From contig NW_005434642.1 of assembly GCF_000315625.1 (NCBI RefSeq), forward strand, positions 283,131-347,130: a stretch of 64,000 nucleotides of DNA, in the 5' to 3' direction. This DNA is from Guillardia theta CCMP2712. Lineage: Eukaryota; Protista; Cryptophyta. The notes under the pieces are model-generated. The model worked only from the letters and a program-made list of their open reading frames with translations, was not told the DNA's origin and made no database searches. Below, piece by piece: positions 26,084 through 36,562 of this stretch (the first letter of the stretch is position 1; each line of letters starts with the position of its first letter). The translations under genes were made by a program, and so were the position numbers.

Positions 26084-26241
26084 CCCAAGCTATATCCGTC
26101 TCTTTCCGGTTACTTCCGTTATTGAAAGGAATGGAAAACCTGTCGACAAGGGAGGGGTATCTTTTCCTTGAATTCGAGGGGTGGTGAACAAGGGTACGAA
26201 GCGTCCAATCAGCATGGAGCTTTTCACAGGGTGAAATGGTT

Positions 26242-28335
26242 ATGGCAGGCGAGAACGACGACGAAGGACGGCAGATAGATGGAAGAATCGAACTCGAATC
26301 TGAGTTCTATCCGGTGTCCCGGAGAAAGACACCTTGAAATCTCTCCTTCTTTCCCTCAGCAGTGAAGAAAGACTGGAGCGTGGGAGAGGGATGAAGGTGC
26401 TTCAGGTGATACCGTCCATGTCCATGGGAGGAGTAGAGCGCGGAGTGCTAGAGATCTCCTCGTATTTGAAGGAGAAGGTGATCTTTCTCGCCCTGTCGTC
26501 TGTCTTGTTTTCTGACTGAGAGAACAGGGCCATGAGCCAGTCATCATGTGCGCAGGGGGAAAGTTGACAGAAGCTCTGAGGGGAAAGGGCATCGAAGTGA
26601 TACTTGAGCCTTGCCTTCTGTCCAAGAACCCTATCAACATCTTCTTTCTTGTCCCATGGAAGCTCCTCCAAGCCATCCGGAGGTTTGGGATACACATCGT
26701 CCACGCGCGATCCCGGACATCGGCATGGAGCACTTGGATAGCTTGTCGGATTTCTGGGACAAGATACCTGACCACGCATCAGTGAGTGAGGTTGCTGGAA
26801 TAGAGTGCAAGTTGTTGATCCTTTCTCGCTGCAGCGGAGCCTACAGCCTGACGAAAGGATTTTGGAAACGCGCCATGGCTAGGCCAATGTTGTGGGGTGC
26901 TTTCGTCGTCCTTCCTTCCAAGTTCCTATTTTCCTATGTGATGGCACACCAGGAAAGAATCATTGCTCGAACTGAGTGTTTGCTTGTACTGAGTTTTTTG
27001 TGCAGCATTTAAGTGCTGAGGATTCAACACCTACAACCTGTCATGGGCTACCAAAGTTCGCTCTACCTGATTCCGATTCAGGCCAGCTCAAGATCGTGTT
27101 ATGGAAAGGGCGGTTGGTAGAAACGAAAGCAGTGATTATACCAAGGGGCATCGACACGTCACAATTTCAAATTTCAGGTAATCTTCTCGTGCAAGTGGAC
27201 ATGTCCTGTTGATACGATATGACAGAAGACAACATAAGTGTAGCAAAATGTTTTGCAATGAAATGGAACCTTTATGATTCCAAGTTGCGAACAGTGCTTC
27301 TTCCAGGTTAATCCTTGTTTGTCTTTCAACTTTTGTGAATTTCTATCACAGGGCGAGTAAGCAGGATAAAGGGACAACTCGACTTCATCAGAGCGTTAGT
27401 TTCTATCTTTCTCCGCCCTTTCAGAGTCATGATCTCCATTGCTGATACCTTGACCTCTTCGATGCAGACTAGCAACATTCAAGGAGACCGCGAAGGGTGT
27501 CATCCTGGGGATGCCAGTCAGACCGAACCGTTTCAGTAGGATGCTTGCTGATGAAACTGGTGTTCAGACCATGCATCATCAACATAGAACGTCTCATGCC
27601 CCTGGCAGGGAGATTGAGGAGGGAGTGCGGGTTGAGCTGCCAACTGGAGGAACAAATCCATCCTGACGAGATGCCTGGAGCTCTACTATGTGCTGATGTG
27701 GTTGGATATGATTGCTTGCATCCGCTCGTTTCCATCTGAATCACGGTACAGGTAGTGATCCCCTCTCTAACGGACGAAACGTTCTGTCGAGCCGTCATCG
27801 AAGCCCTGGCTATGGGAAAGATCGTCGTGGCGTACGAAGGAGGAGGCATATCAGAGATAAGGGATTTCTTGCGAGATGAGGTTAGTCATGATGGGCATCA
27901 GAGGCCCTGGTGACTCATCGCAGGGAGAAGAAGCGTTTCTCACAAGACTGCGACTCGTCGAGCGAGGAGATGTATTACCCCTGACATTCAGCCCGTCATT
28001 CCATCCTCCTCCTCTTTCCACTCCAGCCTCCTGCTTTCCAGCCTCCACGCTGCTCAAGCACTTTGGCATGAATGTTATCGTTTGCTCACTGATCATTCTC
28101 GTCTAGATCGACGCGCTATCAGAGGAGATCCAGTCATCACTCGAGGTAGTCAACTGATGGACATCGACGTTCTGATGTTACTTCAGCTCTTGGATGACAC
28201 GGCGCCTCATCTTCGGCGTCTACAAGGTCTGGCGCTCAAGGTGTTTGCAAATTTGATACATCATCATAAACATCCTCTGTTTATCAGGTTGCTGATTTTG
28301 TGAGGAGAAAATGGAGCATCCAGAAGCTCTGTGAT
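26242..28335 (+). CDS. Glycosyltransferase family 4 (GT-B), multi-exon
   Basis: MKVLQVIPSMSMGGVERG, IVHARSRTSAW, TTH.GAY, IIPRGIDT, RVSRIKGQLDFI, VVIPSLTDETFCRAVIEALAMGKIVVAYEGGGISE. Confidence 0.88.
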
Positions 28336-28488
28336 AGTGAGTTTCGAGTGTATTGCAATGTCATGGATATGTATCACAAGCAACGCGCACAACACGCGTG
28401 AATAAAATAGTGATATTAGTGATATCACTACAGAAACAAGATGTGTCCAGAAGAAAAATCACAGCCCAAAAAATCTCCACGATGATGT

Positions 28489-29376
28489 TCAAACGTCATC
28501 CTCTTTCACCCTGAAGTACCGTTTGATGTCCTTGAGAAAGTTCATGCACTTGCGATCTTTCTGTTGCAGCGTCTCTTGGATCATGTCTCGCAGGAACTGC
28601 TGATCTATCCCCCGGACCTCCAGGTACTCCCTGAACCCTTTCTGCAGCCGAGCATCCAGCTTGCTGAATCGCTTCGAGTCCAGACCCTCGAATTGTTCGT
28701 ACTCTGCAATCGCGTCCTCATTCCCCTCCCGCTCGTCGCTCCTCTTCATGAACAGGTTGTACAGCATGGCGGACCTGCTGGCCTCGTTCGCCATGAAGCC
28801 GCTGTTCATCGCCGTCCCCAAGCTCAACCGCAGGATTCGAAATTCGCTCCAGCTTGCCTCGCACTCGAAGAAGAGGGGCAGCGTCGCTCGCTTCTTAGAG
28901 ATGCCGATGAGAAACGTGGTGGAGTAATGCTTCGGGGGGATACGAGCCGGATGATTGGGCTGGGGGGCGTCTGTTCGCAAGACATCGTAAGTGGTCACTA
29001 CGCTGATCAGCTCTTCCTCGTAGTCTCTCTCGTAGTACACGATCGCCGTCGGCTCCACGAAGTTGTGCATGTTTTCTTTCAGCTTGACTCTGCTCCAGGT
29101 CTCGTTCATGCTCTTGTGCGAGCTCATGTCCTCCCTCTTCCACTTCATCGTGTCCTCCACTGCTGACCGCAACTCCTCCATGTCACCTTCCTCCGACGCG
29201 CCCGACCGCTCCGTCGCCTCCATGCGCGGCCATGAAGTCGACCGGAAGAAGCGCCGTGGGACGCACAAGGGAGCAGGGGAGGGGAGGGAGGAGAAGGAGG
29301 AGGGAGGGAAGAAGAAGCCGCGCAGCATGGCCTTGCCCAGCCTGCACGCCAGCATTCTTGGTATGCGCCCGCTCAT
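28489..29376 (-). CDS. Mitochondrial acidic matrix glycoprotein (MAM33/C1QBP/p32 family), intronless
   Basis: Arg/Ser-rich presequence-like N-terminus. C-terminal FSKLDARLQKGFREYLEVRGIDQQF...MNFLKDIKRYF is typical of MAM33. Confidence 0.8.
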   Translation of the reverse strand: MSGRIPRMLACRLGKAMLRGFFFPPSSFSSLPSPAPLCVPRRFFRSTSWPRMEATERSGASEEGDMEELRSAVEDTMKWKREDMSSHKSMNETWSRVKLKENMHNFVEPTAIVYYERDYEEELISVVTTYDVLRTDAPQPNHPARIPPKHYSTTFLIGISKKRATLPLFFECEASWSEFRILRLSLGTAMNSGFMANEASRSAMLYNLFMKRSDEREGNEDAIAEYEQFEGLDSKRFSKLDARLQKGFREYLEVRGIDQQFLRDMIQETLQQKDRKCMNFLKDIKRYFRVKEDDV

Positions 29377-29496
29377 TCCCCGTCCTAATTTCTGTTCCCC
29401 GCAGTAGTCTGCGAAATTTTAGTTCGCCCCCTCCCAGCTCCTGCCCCTCCCCTCCCGCTGCCCTCACTTCCGCTCCCGCCCTGCGCCAGGGGGAGA

Positions 29497-29720
29497 TGCA
29501 GGGAGGCAGGCAGGGAGGCAGGCAGGGAGGCAGGGAGGCAGGGAGGCAGGGAGGCAGGGAGGCAGGGAGGGAGGCAGGGAAGGAGGGAGGCAGGGAGGCA
29601 GGGAGGCAAGGAGGCAGGGAGGCAGGGAGGCAGGGAGGCAAGGAGGCAGGCAGGCAGGGAGGCAGGGAGGCAGGGAGGCAGGGAGGCAGGGAGGCAGGGA
29701 GGCAGGGAGGCAGGGAGCGA
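29497..29720. repeat. (GGCAGGGA)n 8-bp minisatellite
   Basis: Direct inspection; lies between the divergent MAM33 and snurportin genes. Confidence 0.95.
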
Positions 29721-29914
29721 GGGAGAGAAATCTGAAAGCAAGCAGGGAAGGGAGGGAGGGAGCGGGATGGAGACGGAGGAGAGGGGGAGGGGAGAGTGTA
29801 ATGAAGAAGGAAAGCATCCGGGAGTGGAAGGAAATGACGGCGGGAAAAGAGATCGTCAGAGCAAGGAAGGAGTGTCTGTGACGCTAGATCTGAGCAGACA
29901 CCTGCGGCTGCAGC

Positions 29915-32223
29915 ATGGCAACGAACGCAAAGGGGGAGAGGAATGTCAAGAAGGCCATGGCGATCGACCAGCGCCGGAGGCAGCGGCAGATGTTGGACAG
30001 GCAGAGATCGGAGCGCAAGGACCGGGTCATGCTGGTCAGCTGTGCCGCAGCTCGAGTGTAGGAGGAGAGTGAAGTTGATTCCAGGCAAGAATGATGGGAG
30101 GCGAGGAGGAAGGGGAAGATGAGAGGCAGGCACCAGCAGCGTGAGCTGAAGTTGTACATGCCCACGTTGCCTTGATGGTGTTCTGCTCAGCAGCCCTGAA
30201 GGGCAGGCAGACTCCAAGTCGAAGGCGAGCAGAGCACACAACCGGAAGCAGGTCGATCTCGACGAGGACACATGGAAGGGCAAGGTGAGGAGGAGCGAGG
30301 GTTGTGACGGTGCTGACTCGACCAAAGATGATGATGCCGGATTGGATGATAGAAGTCCCTGACGAGCTGCAGAACAAGTGGCTCGTTGCTCCGAGACCGC
30401 AAGGGTATCGCTCTCCTCCCGCTCGTCTTCGTTGTATCTCGTTCCCTCTTCTCCACGTCGCGGAGCTCAAGAACCTTTTTGACGCCTCCTGCTGCTGCGG
30501 CTTCTGCTTCTGCTGCTGCTCCTCTCCTGCTTCTCTCCTGCTCCTCTCCTCCTCCTCGATGTCCCTTGTCCACGTTCTCAAGTTTGATTCCGTGAGACAG
30601 GAGAAGATGTTTGGTCTTATCATCGGGCGGGAGAACCATAGCGCGATTAAGTGCTAGCTAGTCAACCATCTCTTTAGTCGTGATCTTGATCATCAGGAAC
30701 CGGGAAAGTCTTCAAACAGTTTCAATCGGCCCTGCCGAACGGAGGGGTATCAATTGAGCACTTGAACGTCTGATCCCGATCGTGTTGGCTGACTTCATGT
30801 GATGTTCAGGTGTTAGCAAACAGGCAAGGGAGGATAGGAGGACACGATACGACGATCCTCGACTGTATTTTTGTCGACGAGCTCAACTGTTTCTTCATCT
30901 GTGATGTGATGTATGTCACGATGAGCAGATCATTGCAAAGAGTACAAGTGGTGATCATCCGAGCAGGTGCTGGAAAGGTCATGCGGTGTACGATTGTTCT
31001 GCAGACTTCAGACTGTTCTGGTGATAGGAGGTTCCCACATGGATGAGTTCTGACAGTTTCTTCAGGTTACAGCAGAAGATTTCGGAGGATGCTGCATTTG
31101 CCGCTCAATTCCACGAGCACGTGAGGACACGGTTATTCACAAGAACGTTCCTGACTAGAGCATGCTCGCTCTAGAACAACCCGTTTCCCTTGCACATCCT
31201 CCCATGGTACTTCTGCGATATGAATGGGATCGAATCAGCGTATAGGTCTTCCCTACCTTGCTTCAAACCTCCTGGGATCTGATGCGCCACCTAGGACCTT
31301 GAGTTGTCCATTCGTCAGGGATGGTTTGCAGGTTTGGCTTCACTCTCCCTCCTGCCATGGAGGGATGATTCTTGTGTCTGCAGTTCCTGCACAGAGAAAG
31401 CCACTATGAGATTGGACTCACTCCCTTAATGCTGCTGTGGAAAGACATGCAATGTGGTGGATCAATGACATTTTCAGTCTTGTTGACATTCCATGCAGGC
31501 AGCACATACTTGTCAGAAAGCTATCCCGGGCTTGACCCATCTGTTCAAGTAAATAGACCCTCCTCTTTTCCCTGCTCTTTTCCCTCCTCTTTTCCCTGCT
31601 CTTTTCCCTTCTCCTTTCCCTTCTCCTTTCCCTCCTCACCATCTCTGACCCACAAGGTCAGGTCGTCTGCCTACGAGTAATGGAGGATGGAGCATTGACC
31701 ACGAGCGACGATCCTGCTGTTGTGATTACAAGGGCGCCCGATGAGCAGAAACAGATCATTCAGGTGGAGAACAAACACGTTGAATATGCAAGATGTGACG
31801 GAATTTATCCACAGACAAACTCTGACAAGCTTGCGTTGTTCAAGATCGCCGGGATCAGCATCACATACCCAGACAACTGCAATGAGATGTCCGTCAGCGG
31901 GCCGCCAGACGTGACGGTGGAGGCGATCGAATTCTTCTCTCCTGCAGGTGAACTTCAGTCTTGTGCAAGTTTGTTCACATCTCAACTATTTCTTCAAGCT
32001 GCTAAGAGGGCTGATGCGGATTCGTTGAGCAAAGCGCTGTAAGAATGTTTGTTGTTCCAGCCTTCTCGTGCTGAGCAACATCTCGAAGGTTTCAACAAGC
32101 TCTTCGCACGCAGCCGTTGAGCATCGAGGACATCGTTAACACCGCCATGGCTCAAGTTGCATGCTGTGCTCCATGAGGAGAGAGCTGGACGACACGGAGG
32201 ACGTGAGGGAGGGGTCGGTCTGA
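29915..32223 (+). CDS. SNUPN: Snurportin-1 (m3G-cap snRNP import adaptor), multi-exon
   Basis: IBB-like DQRRRQRQMLDRQR; MMPDWMIEVPDELQNKWLVAPRPQG; FQSALPNG; TILDCIF...FICDVMCWKG; DGLQFLHRESHYEIGLTPLMLLWKD. Confidence 0.88.
31558..31635. repeat. Intronic 12-bp pyrimidine repeat (CTTTTCCCT[C/G]CT-like)
   Basis: Direct inspection; inside a snurportin intron. Confidence 0.85.
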
Positions 32224-32318
32224 GGTTGGCGGAGGAGACGAGGGAAGGTTCGGGAGAATGTGAGGAAAGCGGAGGAGACGAATTATTCTTTCAGAGATTC
32301 TTTCAATGAAACACTAGT

Positions 32319-33856
32319 TTACAAAAGGCCGGGGATGATGGCAAACTGCAATACAAGACAAGTCAGGGCGGCGCGCAGGATGAACAGCATCTCATCGTAC
32401 GCTTGCAAGTCGTGAAGACTCTTCACCGAGTGTACGATACCATCTCCTCTGGGATTGGATGAATTCACATTCAGAATGTCAACCAGACCCGGCGGCTCAC
32501 CGTGCGGACTGCGGTGATGCTGAGGTTGGTGACGGTGAAGGCGAGGATGAGCCAAGAGCAGTTGAAGTAGAGTCCATGAAACAGCGCCTGAAATGTCATC
32601 AGATGTGAAGAGAAGAACCAACAAAGTTCGTTCACCAGACTCAGATATCTGATTGGCAGCGTTAGAAATGTCTCCTAGAGCCTCTACACTCACATCATCA
32701 CTTCGGCGGTGTAATGAGGGCATGTAGACACATTCCTGAACAACCAACCACTCGGCACCACATAGACAGAAGAATGCTGCTGCAAATGTAGGCAATTTTT
32801 CACATGCCAAGACTGTCTCACCTGTTGCATCGATCGCAATGAGGCTAGTTCTACATGTCTGAACCAAAATCGCTCTCAGCTCATCACAATCATTGGATAC
32901 GGATCTCATTACGCCATGTGCTGGCATGCCATCGACAGGAAGAAGAAGGCGATGAGGACGAGTCGAAACCCGCTCAGCGCCGACGGATCATTGCCGGAAT
33001 CCCGCAGGAGACTGAAAAAGTCGTCAAAAGGAATGGATAGCAGGGCAGGGCAAGGGCAGGGAAGTGTACCGCTCTTCTTCTACGAAAGATACGCTGACAA
33101 GGCTGTAGAAGAACAGGCCGATCTTATCATCGCACTCAAAACACTTCACAGATTGTTCGAGGAGGACACCATGATGGTTATCGGATGCTCCTTCCGATCA
33201 GCCGAGAATTTGGTGACAAACACGGATTCGTACAACCTCCTGAAGAGGTGGACCTGCGTTCTCACAGCTCAAAAATTCCGTCCCACACTGCAGAGTATTT
33301 CACCTCTAGGCATATCAAAGATGTTGATGCAGAGGTGTAGACGAAGAAAGTGTTCAAGATAAACCCCCATGCGTAATAGGCGATCCATACAGTCCTGGCT
33401 CCGATGTACACTCTGTACAACACAGAAGACAGGATTCACTCGCATGGAAACAAACACAGCAGGATTCTTTCCTTTTCAGCACATCTGATTCTCGATGCTC
33501 CTTGTCTTGCAAGGAGCTCAACTTGCCGTAATAGGAAACATCGTTGAGGTACCTGAGGAACTGATACGCCCGTCAGAATCATGACGTCATGACACATGCT
33601 GTTTTTTGGGTGAAGTGGGGAGGAGAGGAGGAGAGGAGGAGAGGAGGAGAGGAGAGGAGGAGAGGAGAGGAGGAGAGGAGGAGAGGAGGAGAGGAAAGGA
33701 GGAGAGGAGAGGAGGAGAGGAGGAGAGGAAACGATAGGAGGAGAGGAGGAGAGGAAAGGATAGGAGAAGTTGAACCTTCGAGCCCTTGCCGTCGCTGAGT
33801 AAAACCATCGCGCATGTCACTGCCAGCCATGTCGCTCGCAGCAAGGCGACCGCCAT
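32319..33856 (-). CDS. Polyprenol reductase (SRD5A3/DFG10-like steroid 5-alpha-reductase family), multi-exon
   Basis: YYGKL, VHLFRRLYESVFVTKFS, YVVPSGWLFRNVSTCPHYTAEVM, FTVTNLSITA and C-terminal FAIIPGLL*. Confidence 0.85.
33618..33768. repeat. (GGAGA/GGA)n purine repeat in the first intron of the polyprenol reductase gene
   Basis: Direct inspection. Confidence 0.92.
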
Positions 33857-33884
33857 GCCGGCGCCCCGACAAAGAACCAATTGT

Positions 33885-34010
33885 CGGGGTAGGGTCATTG
33901 AAGTACCCAGATATCAGTAAAAATAACCCCTCTTTATAGTATGAAAACAATGGGTGATTGATAAAATGTACGGGGTAGGGGTAATCATTTGCAGGGTAGG
34001 GGGTATTCTT
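33885..34010. promoter_or_regulatory. GGGGTA island in a ~165 bp divergent spacer
   Basis: GGGGTAGGG, GTACCC, GGGGTAGGGGTA and GGGTAGGGGGTA between the ATGs at 33856(-) and 34022(+). Confidence 0.6.
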
Positions 34011-34021
34011 GTCATACAGCA

Positions 34022-35802
34022 ATGCCAGTGGAGGCTGGAGAGGCGACGAGCGAGGGGATCCGGAAGCTGCGGGAGAGGTTGGGAGGGTTTGAGACGGAGG
34101 ATGGGAGGATCAAGGGACTCAACTTCAGGTGAAGATGCTGCCGCCATGCAGTCCTCGTACCTTCTCGCCTGTCTTCATCCTCCTCCTCCTCCTCCCTGGC
34201 CTGACTCTGTTTGTCAGGCCGAGAGACGGTGACGTCTTCGTAGTGACGTCTCCGAAGTGCGGGACCACTTGGCTGCAGCAGATCGTTCACCAGGTATGGT
34301 AGATCTTCTTCACATCTCCTCCTGCATCTGACCTCGCCGCCTCCTGCATCTGACCTCACCGTCTCCCGCAGCTGCGCTCGCGAGGATCGATGGACTTCGT
34401 TGAAATCAGCGAGGTTGTGCCCTGGGTGGAAATGGCAGCAGATCTCGGGCAGGTGGGAACCGTTCATAGAAGGATGTACCAAACCATTGGCTCAGTGCGA
34501 ATAACAGGACCTGGATGCTGACCATGCTTTCTCGCCAAGAGCATTCAAGACTCATTGTTGGTACGATCATTGCCCGAAGGTAAGAGGGAAATTATCGGAG
34601 TAACTAGATGGAAACATGAACATCACGACTGCATGTGTCAGTCATCACTTTGTCTTGCCTTGCCAATCTTGGATGTGGTAGTACTACTTCATTGACCTGT
34701 ATCATGCAGGGGGACAAGTGCAAATACATCGTAGTTGTGCGAGATCCCCACGACGTGGCTGTTTCGTTCTTCACTTTCTTTGAGGGATGGTACTTCCAAC
34801 CGGGGGAGGTGGGAGAGAGAGATGTAGTGGAACGATCACTGATGTGCGTGCTCAAGGTTTCTTTGGAGGAGTTCGTCAAACATTTCTGGCTTGCTCGGGG
34901 GATCCCCGAATCCAAGATGCAGAACGCTTCCTACTTCCATCACCTCATATCTTGGTGGCAACACCGGTAGCAACAGTGCAATCCGGGAGAGGATGTCTTG
35001 ACGGTGGGCAGATGGGATGACAACGTGCTCTTCTTGTTCTATGAGGATATGAAGGTGAAGCTATGAGTTGGGCGTGCGAGCAGTAAGGGTTGAACCCCCG
35101 GGTCCAGGCCGACCTCGAGTTGCACGTGAGAGAGATAGCGAGATTCATCGGAGTGGATCATACAGACAAGGAGCTTATCAGGCATCCGTGCCTTGTTCTT
35201 GTTGTTCACCAGCAGTGATCTCATGACGGCAGGCTGGCGACGGAGAAGTCGACGTTCGCCTTCATGTCAGCCAACAAGGAGTTCTTCGACGAACGGTCTG
35301 CTTCATCTCGCCAAACGAGTCTGCTCGGTCTGGTTGACGGCGCTGACAACAGGCTGACCAAGATGAAGAGGAACGTGCACTGTGGCCTTGAGCCGGGCGC
35401 TGGTCCGGACTCGCGCTCTCCCCGTCCCTCCCGCTGACTCGGCTGCGGTTGTGGTGGCAGGGCTGGGCAATGGAAAGGTAAGAGATGGAAAGTCAGGGCA
35501 TGGAAAAGTAGAGCTGCCACAGAGCCTTGCTCAAGGTGATGATTCTTTTCATGCCCGGTTTCACCTCAGCAAGAGTTGACGGAATCCCCCGCAGAAATCG
35601 ATGCCAAGTGGATGGCTACTGTTGGAAAGGTCCCTTTCCTTCTTCTCGAACTCCACCCTCTCCCCCTGCTCCCCCTATTCTTCCTTCTCCTCCTTCTTCT
35701 TGCCTCTTGTCCCGTCTGTTCGATACTTTGCTGTTCTCATCGCGGCGGCTGCTTTATCAGGACTTGGGATGCCAGACGTACGAGGAACTCAGGGAAAGGT
35801 GA
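34022..35802 (+). CDS. Cytosolic-type (aryl) sulfotransferase, multi-exon
   Basis: PRDGDVFVVTSPKCGTTWLQQIVHQ (5'-PSB loop), RAFKTH, YIVVVRDPHDVAVSFF (3'-PB), VLFLFYEDMK. Confidence 0.92.
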
Positions 35803-35934
35803 ACACGGAGGGCACAACCTGTGATGAGGCTTAGGCTGTTCTTGCAGACTCAGGAAGGAGCGAGAAGCCCGCAAACAGGCTTTGAAAGGAGATGTTTGAA
35901 GTGTAACTTTGTCAATACTAAAAGAAAGTCGAAA

Positions 35935-36200
35935 GACTCAGTATGCCGGGCCGCGGGCGGCGGAGTGACGGACTCTGACTGAAAGTTTTTACTCTGCCCA
36001 TCCCAGGGCCCACTCAGTGACTCGCAACACGCCGGGCGCCGGCCACACGGCGCCACTCCGCCGGGACTGGGATCATGCCGTGCCGCCCGGCCGGGGCCGG
36101 CCGACCGTCACTGACGGCCGCGTCACTGACGGCCGCGTCACTGACTCGTGAGTCGAGGCAGAGTCACTGTCAGACTAATTTGCGCCGGGCCGGCTAAATT
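35935..36200. other. CpG-rich scrambled-word island with (CGTCACTGACGGCCG) tandem copies
   Basis: Same vocabulary; a 15-bp unit repeated about 2.7 times at 36106-36145. Confidence 0.65.
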
Positions 36201-36249
36201 TAAGAGATTTTTGCTGTTTTTAGGCGAGATCTGAGCTAAATTTTTAGAT

Positions 36250-36365
36250 TTGGCAGGGGTGGGGTATTACTTTTGATGTAATTGAAGGGGTGCATAATCG
36301 CGGGAAGTCATTCCATTTAAGGGGTAGGGGTATATTTTGGGGGGGTGATAAGGGTCCTCGATGGG
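36250..36365. promoter_or_regulatory. GGGGTA island upstream of the SDR gene
   Basis: GGGGTGGGGTA, GGGGTAGGGGTA and GGGGGGGTG within about 110 bp. Confidence 0.5.
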
Positions 36366-36423
36366 GGAGATCTACACGTGCAGAAAAAGAGGGGAGAAAG
36401 AGGAGGCGAAAACAAGCAAAGGA

Positions 36424-36486
36424 GACAACAAGAAAACAAGACAACAAGACAACAAGACAACAAGACAACAAGACAACAAGACAAGG
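36424..36486. repeat. (ACAAGACA)n 8-bp tandem repeat
   Basis: Direct inspection; about 80 bp upstream of the SDR ATG. Confidence 0.92.
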
Positions 36487-36562
36487 AAGCAAACAGATCA
36501 CAACATGTAGAAAGAGTCTTCGACTTGGCTTCATCCGACCGTCAATCGTTTGAATCCATCCG

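Noticed and set aside
29183-30325. 380-aa minus ORF and overlapping LPPCLPAS/GREAGRQ ORFs
   Set aside because: Open only because they cross the stop-free (GGCAGGGA)n repeat, and they overlap real genes.
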